Below are positions 50,019-61,742 of a DNA stretch of 64,000 nucleotides, in pieces (the first letter of the stretch is position 1; every line of letters starts with the position of its first letter). The notes under the pieces were generated by a model that saw nothing but the letters and a program-made list of their open reading frames with translations, ran no database searches and had not been told where the DNA came from. Position numbers and translations under genes: made by a program. The DNA is from Malacoraja senta (Eukaryota). The stretch covers positions 62,001-126,000 of the forward strand of contig JAXLNO010003320.1 of the NCBI GenBank assembly GCA_038087875.1, read 5' to 3'.

Positions 50019-53000
50019 CAGGGCCGGATTTAGATGAAGAGAGGCCCTAAGCTGTTCCACTTGTGAGGCCCCCCCCCAATCCCCCACCCCCACGACCAGA
50101 GGAAGATGGTCCACCAGATTGACACCGATTTGCAGCCGAGCGTGGCCAATGAGATAAGGGGCTGGAAAGCTGGGCTTTATTTATTTATTTATTGCCACTG
50201 CTAGTGTCGAGTTATTGGCTTAAAACACTATTATTCTGAAATGGAGGGCAAGGAAAATTACTGAAGTGTTGTTTAGAGACTACAGTGCGTTGTGACAGCA
50301 TATGTAAGAAAGGCCTATGACAGTGTCAAAAATATTATACACCTTGCAGGGCTCTCACTTAATTTTTTTTCTCTGTTGTCAGCCGGGCAACCTTGGTAGC
50401 TTTATAAGTTGCCAAATGACAGTTTAGGTGGTTATTTAAGATGGCTTGCATGACACGTGCGATAATGTGCTCACACGACCAGTCAGAATTATGCTCAATG
50501 AAGCATTCACATATTATTTCTGCTTCAAATAAAGCCACAAACTAAACATATTCACCAATCAGGACATGATATATACCACAATGACATGCAGCACAATTAT
50601 AATACTGTATCTTAACTCTTTTTACACGTTGCAATGAATGCAATTTCTATTATTTCTTTCCACTTCCAAAAAAAAATGTGGTTGGATTATTCAGCGTATG
50701 ATCAACCTCGGTGAGACCAAGTGCAGGCTTGGCGATTGCTTCGCACAACACCTCCACTCAGTTCGCAATAACCAACCTGATCTCCCGGTGGCTCAGCACT
50801 TCAACTCCCCCTCCCATTCCGAATCTGACCTTTCTGTCCTGGGCCTCCTCCATGGCCAGAGTGAGGCCCACCGCATATTGGAGGGGCAGCACCTCATATT
50901 TGCTTGGGTAGTTTACACCCCAGCGCTATGCACATAGGCTTCTCTAATTTCAGGTAGTCCTTGCTTTCTCCCTCCTTCCCCTCCCATTCCCAGCTCTCCC
51001 ACAGCCTACTGTCTCCGTCTCTTCCTTTATTTTTCATGTCATTCCCCCCCCCCCCCGACATCAATCTGAAGAAGGGTCTCGACCCGAAACATCGTCTATT
51101 CCTTCGCTCCACAGGTGCTGCCTCACCCGCTGATTTTCTACAGCTTTTTTGTCTACCAATGGGATCCCACAACAGGCCACATCTTCTCATCTCCTCCCCT
51201 GTTGGCTTTCCATAGAGACCGCTCCCTCCGTAACTCCCTGGTCAATTCGTCCCTTCCCACCCAAACCACCCCCTCTCCTGGCACTTTCCATTGCAACTGC
51301 AGGAAATGCTACACTTGGCGTTTTAATTAAGTTCAAGACAATGGGGCTGTACATTGGCCATAAGGTTGCTGCCTAAAAGTGCCAGAGACCTGGAATTTAT
51401 CCTGAATATGGGTGTTGTCTGTTTGGAGTTTGCTCCTTTTCACTTTGATCGCATGGGTTTTCTTCGGGTGCTCTTGTTTCCTTCCACATTCCAAAGGTGT
51501 GCAGGAACCTATTTCAGAACCAACCCTAAACGTAATATTTCCCTTTTGTCCAGAGATTCTGTCTGACCTGTTGAGTTACTCCAGCTTTGTGTGTCTATCT
51601 TCAGTTTAAACCAGCATCTGCAGTTCCTTCCTACACACACGATACTATACGATAGAACTTTATTAATCCCAGGAGGGAAATTGTGTGTGTGTGCGTGTGG
51701 GTATATATACTATGCACACACACACACACATATATATATACAATACAATTACAATACAATTTTATTTGTCTTTTGGACAAATTTGTCATTTGGACCCCGT
51801 TGAGGTCCAAACGAAATGTCGTTTCTGCAGCCATACATTACAAAACGAAGAAGACCCGATACACAACACAATTTACACATACATCCATCACAGCGCTGTG
51901 ATGGAAGGCAAAAAAACGTATCTCTCCACTGCACTCCCCCCCCCCCCACCCCCCCGATGTCAGAGTCAAAGTCAAAGCCCCCGGCGGGCGATGGTGATTA
52001 TCCCGCGGCCATTAAAGCCACGCCGGTTAATGCAGGGTCGCGCACCGCGTCTTGGTGTTAGAGCCCCGGCGCGCGCTCGCAAAGTCCGGCGGCCATTCCA
52101 AGCCGCGCGGGGCGGTGATGTAAAGCCCCCCTCCAGGTGCTCTTCAACCCCGCAACTCGGGCGGGAGAAGTCGCCGCTGCGGATGCCCCGAAAAGTGGTG
52201 TCCCACCAGGGGACCCACGGGCTTCCGGTGTTGCCGTCCGCCAGACCCGCGGTTGTAGCCTCCGAATCTCCGGGGGTCGGGTAGCAGCAGCGATTGTCTC
52301 CACCACAGCTATAAATATACACCGTTTTGTTTTCTCGTTTATAACATTGTTTACAGAGTACTATGTTTACATATTCTGTGGTGCTGCTGCAAGTAAGGAT
52401 TTCATTGTTCTAACTGGGACGTGAGAGAATAAACTCTTGACTCTTGACTTACTTCGCTAATGTGTGGGAAAGAACTAGTGTACGGGTGATCAATAGTCGG
52501 CGTGGACTCGGAGGGCTGAAGGGCCTGTTTCCACGCTGTATCTTCAAATTAAGCTAAAGACACTAAAACCAGAGGGAGTCTAATGAAGTGTTTCTACCCG
52601 AAACGTCACCCAATTTCTTCTATCCTGAGTTGCTGGCTGCTCCATGGAGTTCCCCCGCACAATTAAAGCATGGAATAGTCTTCACCCTACCATAGTTACC
52701 CAACCAGACGCAACTAAATTTAAGGTACCTCTTTTTTCCCCAAGAACCCTTTTTTGCTTAAGTCCAAGTCAAGAGTCAAGAGAGTTTTATTGTCATGTGT
52801 CCCAGATAGGACAATGAAATTCTTGCTTGCTGCAGCACAACATAATATGTGAACATAATACAGAACAGGAGATAAAAGTTCAGTGTGTCTATATACTATA
52901 GACCATATATATACACAATAAATAAACAGATAAAATGCAATAGGCTGTTATTGTTCAGCCCTCTACCACCTCCAGTTTAAATTCCTTTTAGAATATTTAT

Positions 53001-53534
53001 GGAGGATCAGGAAACCAGAAGCGAGAGTTACTCCAGGGAGATACTCCTGATCCAGGGTCAGGGAGTGATTCTGTGTTAGTTTTCAGCGGTTGCGGCGAGG
53101 CAGCAATGGCGGCCAAATCTCCCACAATTCAAAGCGAGGGAGAAAGTGCCCAGCGCCGACCAGTTGCCGTGGCAGTGCGCATGCGCAGGGCGGCCGATGA
53201 CGTGCGGGCTGTGGTTGTGCGCATGTGCAGGGGAGGACGTGCGGGCTGTGGTTGTGCGCATGTGCAAGGCGGCCGGCCGTGCTGGCGGATGAGGAGCGAG
53301 CGGAGAACGGAGACCCGGACACGGAGAGTGACAGACGGAGATAGAGATAGAGAGGGGGGCCGCCCCGCCCAGAGTTGAACGGCTGGTGTCCTGCCTTGGC
53401 CGGAGGCCCCCTATATTTCAGGGCCCCAGGCTTCAGCCTATGAAGCCTAGTGGTAAATCCGGCTCTGCGAGCCCCTCCTAGATCTCCAGGCCCTAAACTG
53501 AAGCTTGTCCATCTTATATGTAAATCCGGCCCTG
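50019..53534. mobile_element. Non-autonomous hAT-type element in MHC intron 4, carrying nested repeats
   Basis: 14-bp TIRs CAGGGCCGGATTTA (50019-50032, 53521-53534) and an 8-bp TSD CCTACCAG (50011-50018, 53535-53542). It interrupts a CR1 fragment. Confidence 0.9.
50705..51330 (+). mobile_element. Penelope-like element fragments (GIY-YIG C-terminus, pLTR with hammerhead motif, linker fragment)
   Basis: GETKCRLGDCFAQHL...LPVAQHFNSPSHS...LSVLGL...EGQHLIF, then CTGAAGAAGGGTCTCGACCCGAAACATC at 51066-51093, then AFHRDRSLRNSLV...CNCRKC. Confidence 0.85.
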
Positions 53535-54898
53535 CCTACCAGATAATGAAATGCCTGGTTAGTTGATGGGAAAGGAAGTTTTCAGTAATGGGAGAGTCTA
53601 GCACAGCCTCACAATAAAAATACCTACCTTCAATATGGAGATGAGGAGGAATCTCTTTAGTCACAGGGTGGTGAATCTGTGGAATTCATTGATACAAACA
53701 GCTGTGTGGGTCAAGTCATTGCATATTTTTCAAGCAGAGATTGATAGGTTCTTGATGAGTACGGGTGACAAAGGTTACAGGGAGAAGGCTAGAGAATGGG
53801 ATTTAGCGGTAAAAAATAGATCTGCTATGACTGAATGGTGGAGTAGACTCAATGGACTTGAAAGGCATAATTCCGCTCCAATATCTTATGGTCAAAATTA
53901 TTCTTATGTCACCCTTAACTCACCCATCCAAATGTAGGAACAGTGGAAGCAAGATAGGCTGATCCTGGACAAGGTCTCTTATCTTCTTCCTTGGGCATCT
54001 AGCTAATTTTCTGATAGTAGCTAGTTACACAAAAGACCAATAGTGGTGCCATATTATCAGGCTGAAGTAGCAGCACCTGTTCTGTAGCTGACTTATTTGT
54101 TCCAGACAAGACCTCTGCAAAGATCTTCACACCAGGGCCAAGCTGACATGGTTAAGATTGCTGGTCAGTACAAATAGACAGTAGTGTTAATGTCTGTGTG
54201 TGCCTATGTGTGTATGTGTGTGTGGGCTCATGTGTGTGAGACAGTGAGGGGGAGAGAGAGAGAAAGAGAGAGCATGTGTATGTGAGAAAATTAAACTCAG
54301 ATATCATTGAAATATCAGCAAAGATTAAAACCTTTGAAGTTTTATCAACTATAAATGGGTTCACTTTTATTTGCTATAATAACAATCAACATAAGAAAAT
54401 GGCCTTGTTGACCTCTACACTGTAAATAGTCATATATTTCTGACGTACTTGATTCTTTAAATTCTTAATTAAATGCTGCAGATAAAATCTCAATACCTCA
54501 ATGCTAATATGAACTTAATGATTTTTCATTGATCATTTTAAGCACATCCATCCTCTGTATAAATACTTAAATCTAAAACGTTATTACTTTTTAATTAGAT
54601 ATGAACAGTGCTACTTTAATTTAGATAATAAAATCATTACAATGTTGTTATTGATCACTAAATGTTTAAAATGCACTATACAGTGGCTTGCAAAAGTTTT
54701 CATACCCCTTGAACTTTTCCACATTTTGTCACGTTACAACCACAAACGTAAATGTATTTTATTGGGATTTTATGTGATAGACCAACACAAAGTGGCGCAT
54801 AATTGTGAAGTGGAAGGAAAATGATACATGGTTTTCAAATTTTGTTACAAATAAAAAACTGAAAAGTGTCGCGTGCAGAAGTATTCAGCCCCCCTGAG

Positions 54899-55920
54899 TC
54901 AATACTTTGTAGAACCACCTTTCGCTGCAATTACAGCTGCAAGTCTTTTGGGGTATATCTCTACCAGCTTTGCACATCTAGAGACTGAAATTTTTGCCCA
55001 TTCTTCTTTGCAAAATAGCTCAAGCTCAGTCAGATTGGATGGAGAGCATCTGTGAACAGCAATTTTCAAGTCTTGCCAGAGATTCTCAATTGGATTTAGG
55101 TCTGGACTTTGACTGGGCCATTCTAACACATGAATACGCTTTGATCTAAACCATTCCATTGTAGCTCTGGCTGTATGTTTAGGGTCGTTGTCCTGCTGGA
55201 AGGTGAACTTACGCCCCGGTCTCAAGTCTTTTGCAGACTCTAACAGGTTTTCTTCCAAGATTGCCCTGTATTTGGCTCCATCCATCTTCCCCCATCAACT
55301 CTGACCAGCTTCCCTGTCCCTGCTGAAGAAAAGCATCCCCACAGCATAATGCTGCCACCACCATGTTTCACAGTGGGGATGGTGTGTTCAGGGTGATGTG
55401 CAGTGTTAGGTTTCCGCCACACATAGCGTTTTGCATTTAGGCGAAAAACTTCAATTTTGGTCTCATCTGACCAGAGCACCTTCCTCCACATGTTTGCTGT
55501 GTCCCCCACATGGCTTGTGGCGAACTGCAAACGGGACTTCTTATGGGCTTTTTTCAACAATGGCTTTCTTCTTGCCACTCTTCCATAAAGGCCCGATTTG
55601 TGGAGTGCACGACTAATAGTTTTCCTGTGGACAGATTCTCCCACCTGAGCTGTGGATCTCTGCAGCTCCTGCAGAGTTACCATGGGCCTCTTGGCTGCTT
55701 CTCTGATCAATGCTCTCCTTGCCCGGCCTGTCAGTTTAGGTGGACGGCCATGTCTTGGTAGGTTTGCAGTTGTGCCATACTCTTTCCATTTTCGGATGAT
55801 GGATTGAACAGTGCTCCGTGAGATGTTCAAAGCTTGGGATATTTATTTATAACCTAACCCTGTTTTAAACTTCTCCACAACTTTATCCCTGACCTGTCTG
55901 GTGTGTTCCTTTGGCTTCAT
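54899..55920 (-). pseudogene. Tc1 transposase, disrupted
   Basis: MKPKEHTRQVRDKVV... from ATG at 55920, with motifs WSDETK, QDNDPKH and [11 protein letters not shown]. Nonsense TAA at 55843-55845 and a frameshift in a C run near 55289. Confidence 0.92.
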
Positions 55921-56000
55921 GATGTTGTTTGTTCACTAATGTTCTCTAACAAACCTCTGAGGCCTTCACAGAACAGCTGTATTTATACTGAGATTAGATT

Positions 56001-56353
56001 AATAATAATAATAATAATAATGGATGGGATTTATATAGCGCCTTTCTAATACTCGGCGCTTTACATCGCATTATTCATTCACTCCTCAGTCACACTCGGT
56101 GGTGGTGAGCTACTTCTGTAGCCACAGCTGCCCTGGGGCAGACTGACGGAAGCGTGGCTGCTAATCTGCGCCTACGGCCCCTCCGACCACCACCAATCAC
56201 TCACACACATTCACACACATTCACACGCAGGCAAAGGTGGGTGAAGTGTCTTGCCCAAGGACACAACGACAGTATGCACTCCAAGCGGGATTCGAACCGG
56301 CTACCTTCCGGTTGCCAGCCGAACACTTAGCCCATTGCGCCATCTGTCGTCCC
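56001..56353 (-). mobile_element. tRNA-derived SINE with CORE-like middle and L2-like tail, nested in the Tc1
   Basis: On the minus strand: A box TGGCGCAATGG, B box GGTTCGAATCC, GTGTCCTTGGGCAAGACACTT, tail GAAAGGCGCTATATAAAT and (ATT)n. Flanked by a short (G)AGATTA duplication. Confidence 0.85.
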
Positions 56354-56671
56354 GAGATTACACACAAGTGGACTCTATTTACTAATAAGGTGACTTCTGA
56401 AGGCAATTGGTTGCACTGGATTTTATTTAGGGGTATCAGAGTAAAGGGGGCTGAATATTTTCGCACGCGACACTTTTCAGTTTTTTATTTGTAAAAAAAT
56501 TTGAAAACCATGTATAATTTTCCTTCCACTTCACAATTATGTGCCACTTTATGTTGGTCTATCACATAAAATCCCAATAAAATACATTTACGCTTGTGGT
56601 TGTAACGTGACAAAATGTGGAAAAGTTCAAGGGGTATGAATACTTTTGCAAGCCACTGTATATGCCAACAG

Positions 56672-56892
56672 AGAGGGCAGTGAAAGAAGATATGAAGATT
56701 AGGATCGTGACTGGAGCTGTAATTGTTCCTCTCATTCTCCTGGGGATCATCCTTGGAATTGGTTGCTGGAAGAAGAGGAAAAAGAGAAAACCTTTCAATG
56801 AACAGGTACCAGCTGACAACAGCAGAGACCAGGAGAGGACCATGAAGCACAATCAGCTTCCTTTGGGATGCAGAGGAGGTCTACCGGAATGA
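56672..56892 (+). CDS. MHC class I-like exon 5, connecting peptide, TM and cytoplasmic segment (3' boundary uncertain)
   Basis: Phase-1 acceptor caacag at 56666-56671. Translation ERAVKEDMKIRIVTGAVIVPLILLGIILGIGCWKKRKKRK gives a hydrophobic helix and basic stop-transfer cluster. The exon ends either at a possible donor at 56806 or at TGA 56890-56892. Confidence 0.8.
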
Positions 56893-59800
56893 TGCCTGGA
56901 TTAGTGGGGTATTAGCCACAGGGAGAAGTTGGACAGACTGGACAGTTGGATTGTTTTCTCTGGAATGTCGGGGATTGAGGGGAGACCTGACAGTAATATA
57001 TCAAACTGGGAGGAGTAGAGGTAGGGTAGACCATCAGACTTTTTACCCAGGAAGGAAATATCAAATAAGAGCAGGTATTGCTTTACAATGAGTGGCAAAG
57101 TTAAAAAAAGATGTGCAGGACAAGTGTTTTACGCCAAGGGTGATGAGTGACTGGAATGTGCTGCTGGAGGTGGTGGTGGAAGCAGATATGATAGTGGCAT
57201 TTAAGAGACTTTTAGATAGGCACATGTATATGCAGGGAATGGATGGATATGGATTATGTGCAAGCAGATAACAATTGGTCTTGGCATCATGTTCGGCACA
57301 AACATTGTGGGTCAAAGGGCCTGTTCTTGTGCTGTACTGTTCTATGCTCTTTATTGTATCAATGCTGGCTGATGACTTTACATTCAGCCATTAATTTTTC
57401 AAATGCTGTCTTCACTGCAGTTACCCTGTGATTCCAAAGTCATACATTGCGCCACATTTTGGAATAAAAGGTCGCCTATTTGATTGATTGATACTTTATT
57501 ATCACATGTGACATGTCACAGTGAAATTCTTTGCTTTGCATAACATACACAAGGTATACATACACAAGTCACCATGTATAGGGTGTCGACACAGTTACAA
57601 AGTAATCATTACAGTCCCCAATGGTCCCTCTTTGTTCTCGGCAGCCCCTCCATGTTGGGTTCACCTGTGTTATCCGCGCCCCCTCCCCCCCCAACCCCGG
57701 GACCCTCTTTGTTATCTTTGTTCTCGGCAGTCCTCCCATGTTGGGTCCCTCTTTAAAATAGTTACGAAGAAGATTTATTTTCCAGGAGGTGTATGATTTG
57801 CCTGAACTTTCTATTCCAGCTGTGAAGACAAGGTGAATGAATATTTTCTAGGTTGAGATATAGAGAATTTTAGATCAGAAATGAATCAAAAATTGCAGGA
57901 ATTATGCAGTAAACTGATCAAAATCAGATTGGACATAATGTTATTGAATGATGCAGTCTGTTCAAGGGGGCTTACAGCTGATTACTAATCTTATTTTATA
58001 TAAAACATAAAAATGTTCATCTCAGGAAGAGGCCCTTTGGCCCACAATGTCTGTGGTGAACATGATGAGATGCTAAACTGATCCCATCCAACTGCAACAT
58101 GATCCATATCCCTCTATTTCCTGCAGATCAGTTTGTCGATCTAAAAGCCTCTCAAACATCATATACATATCTTGCCAGAGATAGACACAAAAAGTTGGAG
58201 AAACTCACCGGGTCAGTCAGCATCTCTGGATACAAGGCATAGGTGACATTTCGGGATGAGACCCTTGTTCAGACTCCAGAAATGCTGTTTGACCCACTGA
58301 GTTACTCCAGCTTTTTGAGCCTATCTTCGGTTTAAACCTGCATCTGCAGTTCGTTCCTAGTTATTTTGCCACTTCTCTTTGTCACATACTGTAACCTGCA
58401 TTCCTTGTTCACATACCTGATGGTGTAGTGGAGAAGTAATTGCCTTTGCATTTAATGCTTCACTCAGTGCTTCAAGTATTTGATGGGCCAGTCAACAAGG
58501 ATCTTTGTTTTCAATACGAACCACGCTCTACACCACAGCTTAGATAATATTGCTTAGTTTAGTTGAGTGATACAGCATGGATGCAGAGCCTTCAGCTCAT
58601 CGAGTTGATACCAACCATCCTACACACCAGTTCTATGTTATCCCTCTTTCACATCCTCTTTCCATACACTAGGGCAATTTTACAAAAGCCAACTCACCTA
58701 CAAACCTGTACATCACTGAGATGTGCGAGGAAACCGGAGCACCGGGAGAAATCCCACATGGTCACAGGGAGCACATGCAAACTCCACATAGACAACATCC
58801 CAGTCCCATGTCATGTGAATATTTATGGAACATGGTAACGTATGGGGGCTGTGTTTTGTTGACCCGACAGATCACAGGTAACAATACTCATTATCAAAGC
58901 TGTGGTGTAATAGCTCTGGAAGTGTTTTATGTGCAACAGACCGAGAATTTCATTGTATATCCACCAGTGTCATTTCTGAATTATGAGCATTTAATAAAAT
59001 ACTTTTGAATGAGTTTTACCAAGACGTTAGCATGCTACACTGACCTATATACTTGTTTTGTCATTGTTAATACTACAGACAGCTATTTACTCAATCATAA
59101 GATCATCAGTGATAGGAACAGAATTAGGCCATTCGTCCCATCTATCATGGCTGATCTATCCTATCCTCCAAACCTCATTTTCCTGCCTTCTCCCCATAAC
59201 CCCTGACACCCGTACTATTCAAGAATCTATCTATCTCTGCCTTAAAAAATATCCATTGACAGCCTCCACAGCCTTCCGTGGCAGAATTCCACAGATTTAC
59301 CACCCTCTGAATAAAGAAATTCCTCCTCATCTCCTTCCTAAAGGAGTGTACTTTGATTGTGAGGCTATGCCCTCTGGTGATATGCTGACACTAGTGGAAA
59401 CATCCTCTCAACATCCACTCTATCCAGGCCTTTCACTATTCGGTAAGTTTCAATGAGGTCCCCCCCTCATCCTTCTAAACTCCAGCGAGTAGAGGCCTAG
59501 TGCCGTCAAACGCTCATCAGAACGGAATAACAACAACTTTACTCTTCATATAACCAATTGTGAAAATTCACACCTCCACATTCAGGGACAGTCTCTTCCC
59601 AATTGTTATCAGGCAACTGAAACCATCCTACCTACAACCAGGTTGCAGTCCTGAACTACTGTCTCCTGCATTGGAGATCCTCGGGCAATCTTTGATCGGA
59701 CTTTACTGCCTTTATCTTGCACCAAACGTTATTCATGTTATTCCCTTGATCATATATCTGTACACTATGGATGGCTCGATTGTAATGTATTGTCTTTCCA

Positions 59801-60664
59801 CTGACTGGTTAGCACATTTAGTTTATTTAGTTTAGAGATACAGGGTGGAAACAGGGTCCGCACCAATTCCCGCACACTAACACTATCCTACACACACTTG
59901 GAACAGGTTTACATTTATACCAACCCAATTAACCTACATACCCATAGTCAAGATCAAACCCGGCTGTGTGGCACTTAAGGCAGCAACTCCAGTGGTGCAT
60001 CACCATGTTGCCCTTATTGTTGTAGGATGTGCAGGGAATGGAGGTATATTATGTGCAGGCAGATAGGAGTTGGTCTTGGCATCATGTTCAACACAGACAT
60101 TGTGGGCCAAAGGGCCTGTTCCTGTGTTGTACTGATCTATTGTGGTGATTGTGAAAACACATAATAATTACTTGATTGCTGATATCTTAAGTGTATTTAC
60201 TTGGTACATTAAATATTCAGACAAAACTAAATTCCATTCCCAAGTCATCTAATTCCCACACCCTAGTCAGCATGAAACATCAACTTTATTGAGGTACTGA
60301 TATATTTATTTTCTGTTAATATGTAACTGTGAGTTTAATGTTACACCAAATGGTAATTGGCTTGTTTCCATCAGTGTTTGCAATCTGGGTGACCCTGAAT
60401 TTATTGCCCAGTTGTGAGATTCCTCGCAAGGACTGAGATGAAGCAGAAACCTGACTGCTACAGACTTTTTGGAGGGGTTTGCAAGATTTTGACCCAACAC
60501 CTCTGAAGGCAAGACAATATATTTACCTGCAGCATCAAACACACCTCAGACAGTGTCATCCAGGCACTCGTCACTGTCTGTGAAAAAACATGCCCTGCAC
60601 ATTTCCTTTAGACTCTCATCTTAAAGCTATGCCCTCTTGTATTCAATGTTTCCATCCATGTTAA

Positions 60665-60970
60665 GTTTAGTTTATTTTAGTTTAGAGATACAGGCCCTTC
60701 GGCCCACCGGGTCCGCACCGACTAGTGATCCCTGGGCATTAGCACTACCCTACACACACTAGGGACGATTTACACATACACCAAGCCAATTAATCTACAT
60801 ACCTGTACATCTTTGGAGTGTGGGAGGAAACCGAAGATCTCGGAGAAAACCCATGCTGTCATGGAGAGAACGTAGAAACTCCATACATACAGCACCCGTG
60901 GTCGGGATCGAACCTGGGTCTCCCACGCTGCAAGCGCTGTAAAGCATCAACTCTACCGCTACGCCACAGT
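60665..60970 (-). mobile_element. HE1-type SINE
   Basis: Same family motifs. Confidence 0.85.
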
Positions 60971-61742
60971 GACTGCCCCTGTTCTGACTATCTATCCTAT
61001 CTATACCTCTCATGGTTGTATGTACTTCTATCAGGTGTCCCATCAAACTCCGGCATTCTAGCGGAAGCAATCCATATCTGTCCATATGTTTGATGTAGCC
61101 AACACACCCTAGTTGAGGCATCATTCTTGTAAACCTCTGCACCCTTTCCAATGCCTCTACATCCTTAATGTAATGGGTCAACAAAAACTGCACATAGTAC
61201 TCCAAATGTGGACTACCCAGCCCTATAAAACTGTATTATGACTTCCTGTCTCTAGAAACACAAGATTCAACCCCAAGATCTCTCTGTAGATTAATGCTGT
61301 TAAGGGTCTTGCCAATAACTGTATACTTTTCCTTTACATTCGACCACTCAAAGTGTGACATACTTGCTCAAAATGACCTCCATTTGCATTTTTTCTGCCC
61401 ATTTCTGTATCTGATGCATTTCCCATTGTACACTACAGCCTTCTTCACTCTTCGCAACTCCATCAATGTTGGTGGCGCCTGCAAACTAACTAACCAACCC
61501 AACCACTTGGTGGCGCCAGCAATAGCTGCCTCTCCAACAGTCTGTCTGTCCCTTCATTCTTTGTGTTTTAACAGTTTGTGTTAAATCAGGGGTTGGCAAC
61601 CTACGGCCCAGATCCGGACTGTAACTCGAAATCATCTGGCCCGCAGGCGTAACACAAAACACACACAACACTTATCCGAGAGTAGTTCTCACACACACAC
61701 ACACACAGAGCCAATTCCATATCACAATACCCGTCGACTCAA

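Larger units (their letters stand above)
54681..56658 (-). mobile_element. Tc1-family DNA transposon, full length, with long TIRs
   Basis: TA target duplications at 54679-54680 and 56659-56660. Inverted repeats of about 210 bp start CAGTGGCTTGCAAAAG. It encodes a DD34E transposase. Confidence 0.95.
41082..56892 (+). pseudogene. Non-classical MHC class I-like heavy chain gene (leader, alpha1, alpha2, alpha3, TM/cyt); null allele or pseudogene as assembled
   Basis: Five exons with canonical AG/GT boundaries, all phase 1, join into a frame of about 360 codons with class I hallmarks (C101, C164, YDG, W133, W147, Ig-C1 alpha3, TM helix). An in-frame TAG lies at 48629-48631. Confidence 0.8.

Noticed and set aside
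56270-56353. tRNA-like A and B boxes
   Set aside because: Head of a SINE; no acceptor stem or complete cloverleaf. The same applies to HE1 heads.
56617-56671. ATG-initiated N-terminus MEKFKGYEYFCKPLYMPT of the 91-aa ORF
   Set aside because: Derived from the Tc1 TIR and intron; the real exon starts at 56672.
41082-56892. Assignment to classical UAA, CD1, MR1 or a named shark U lineage
   Set aside because: Anchor loss argues against classical UAA, and lineage cannot be assigned without a phylogeny, so no gene symbol is given.
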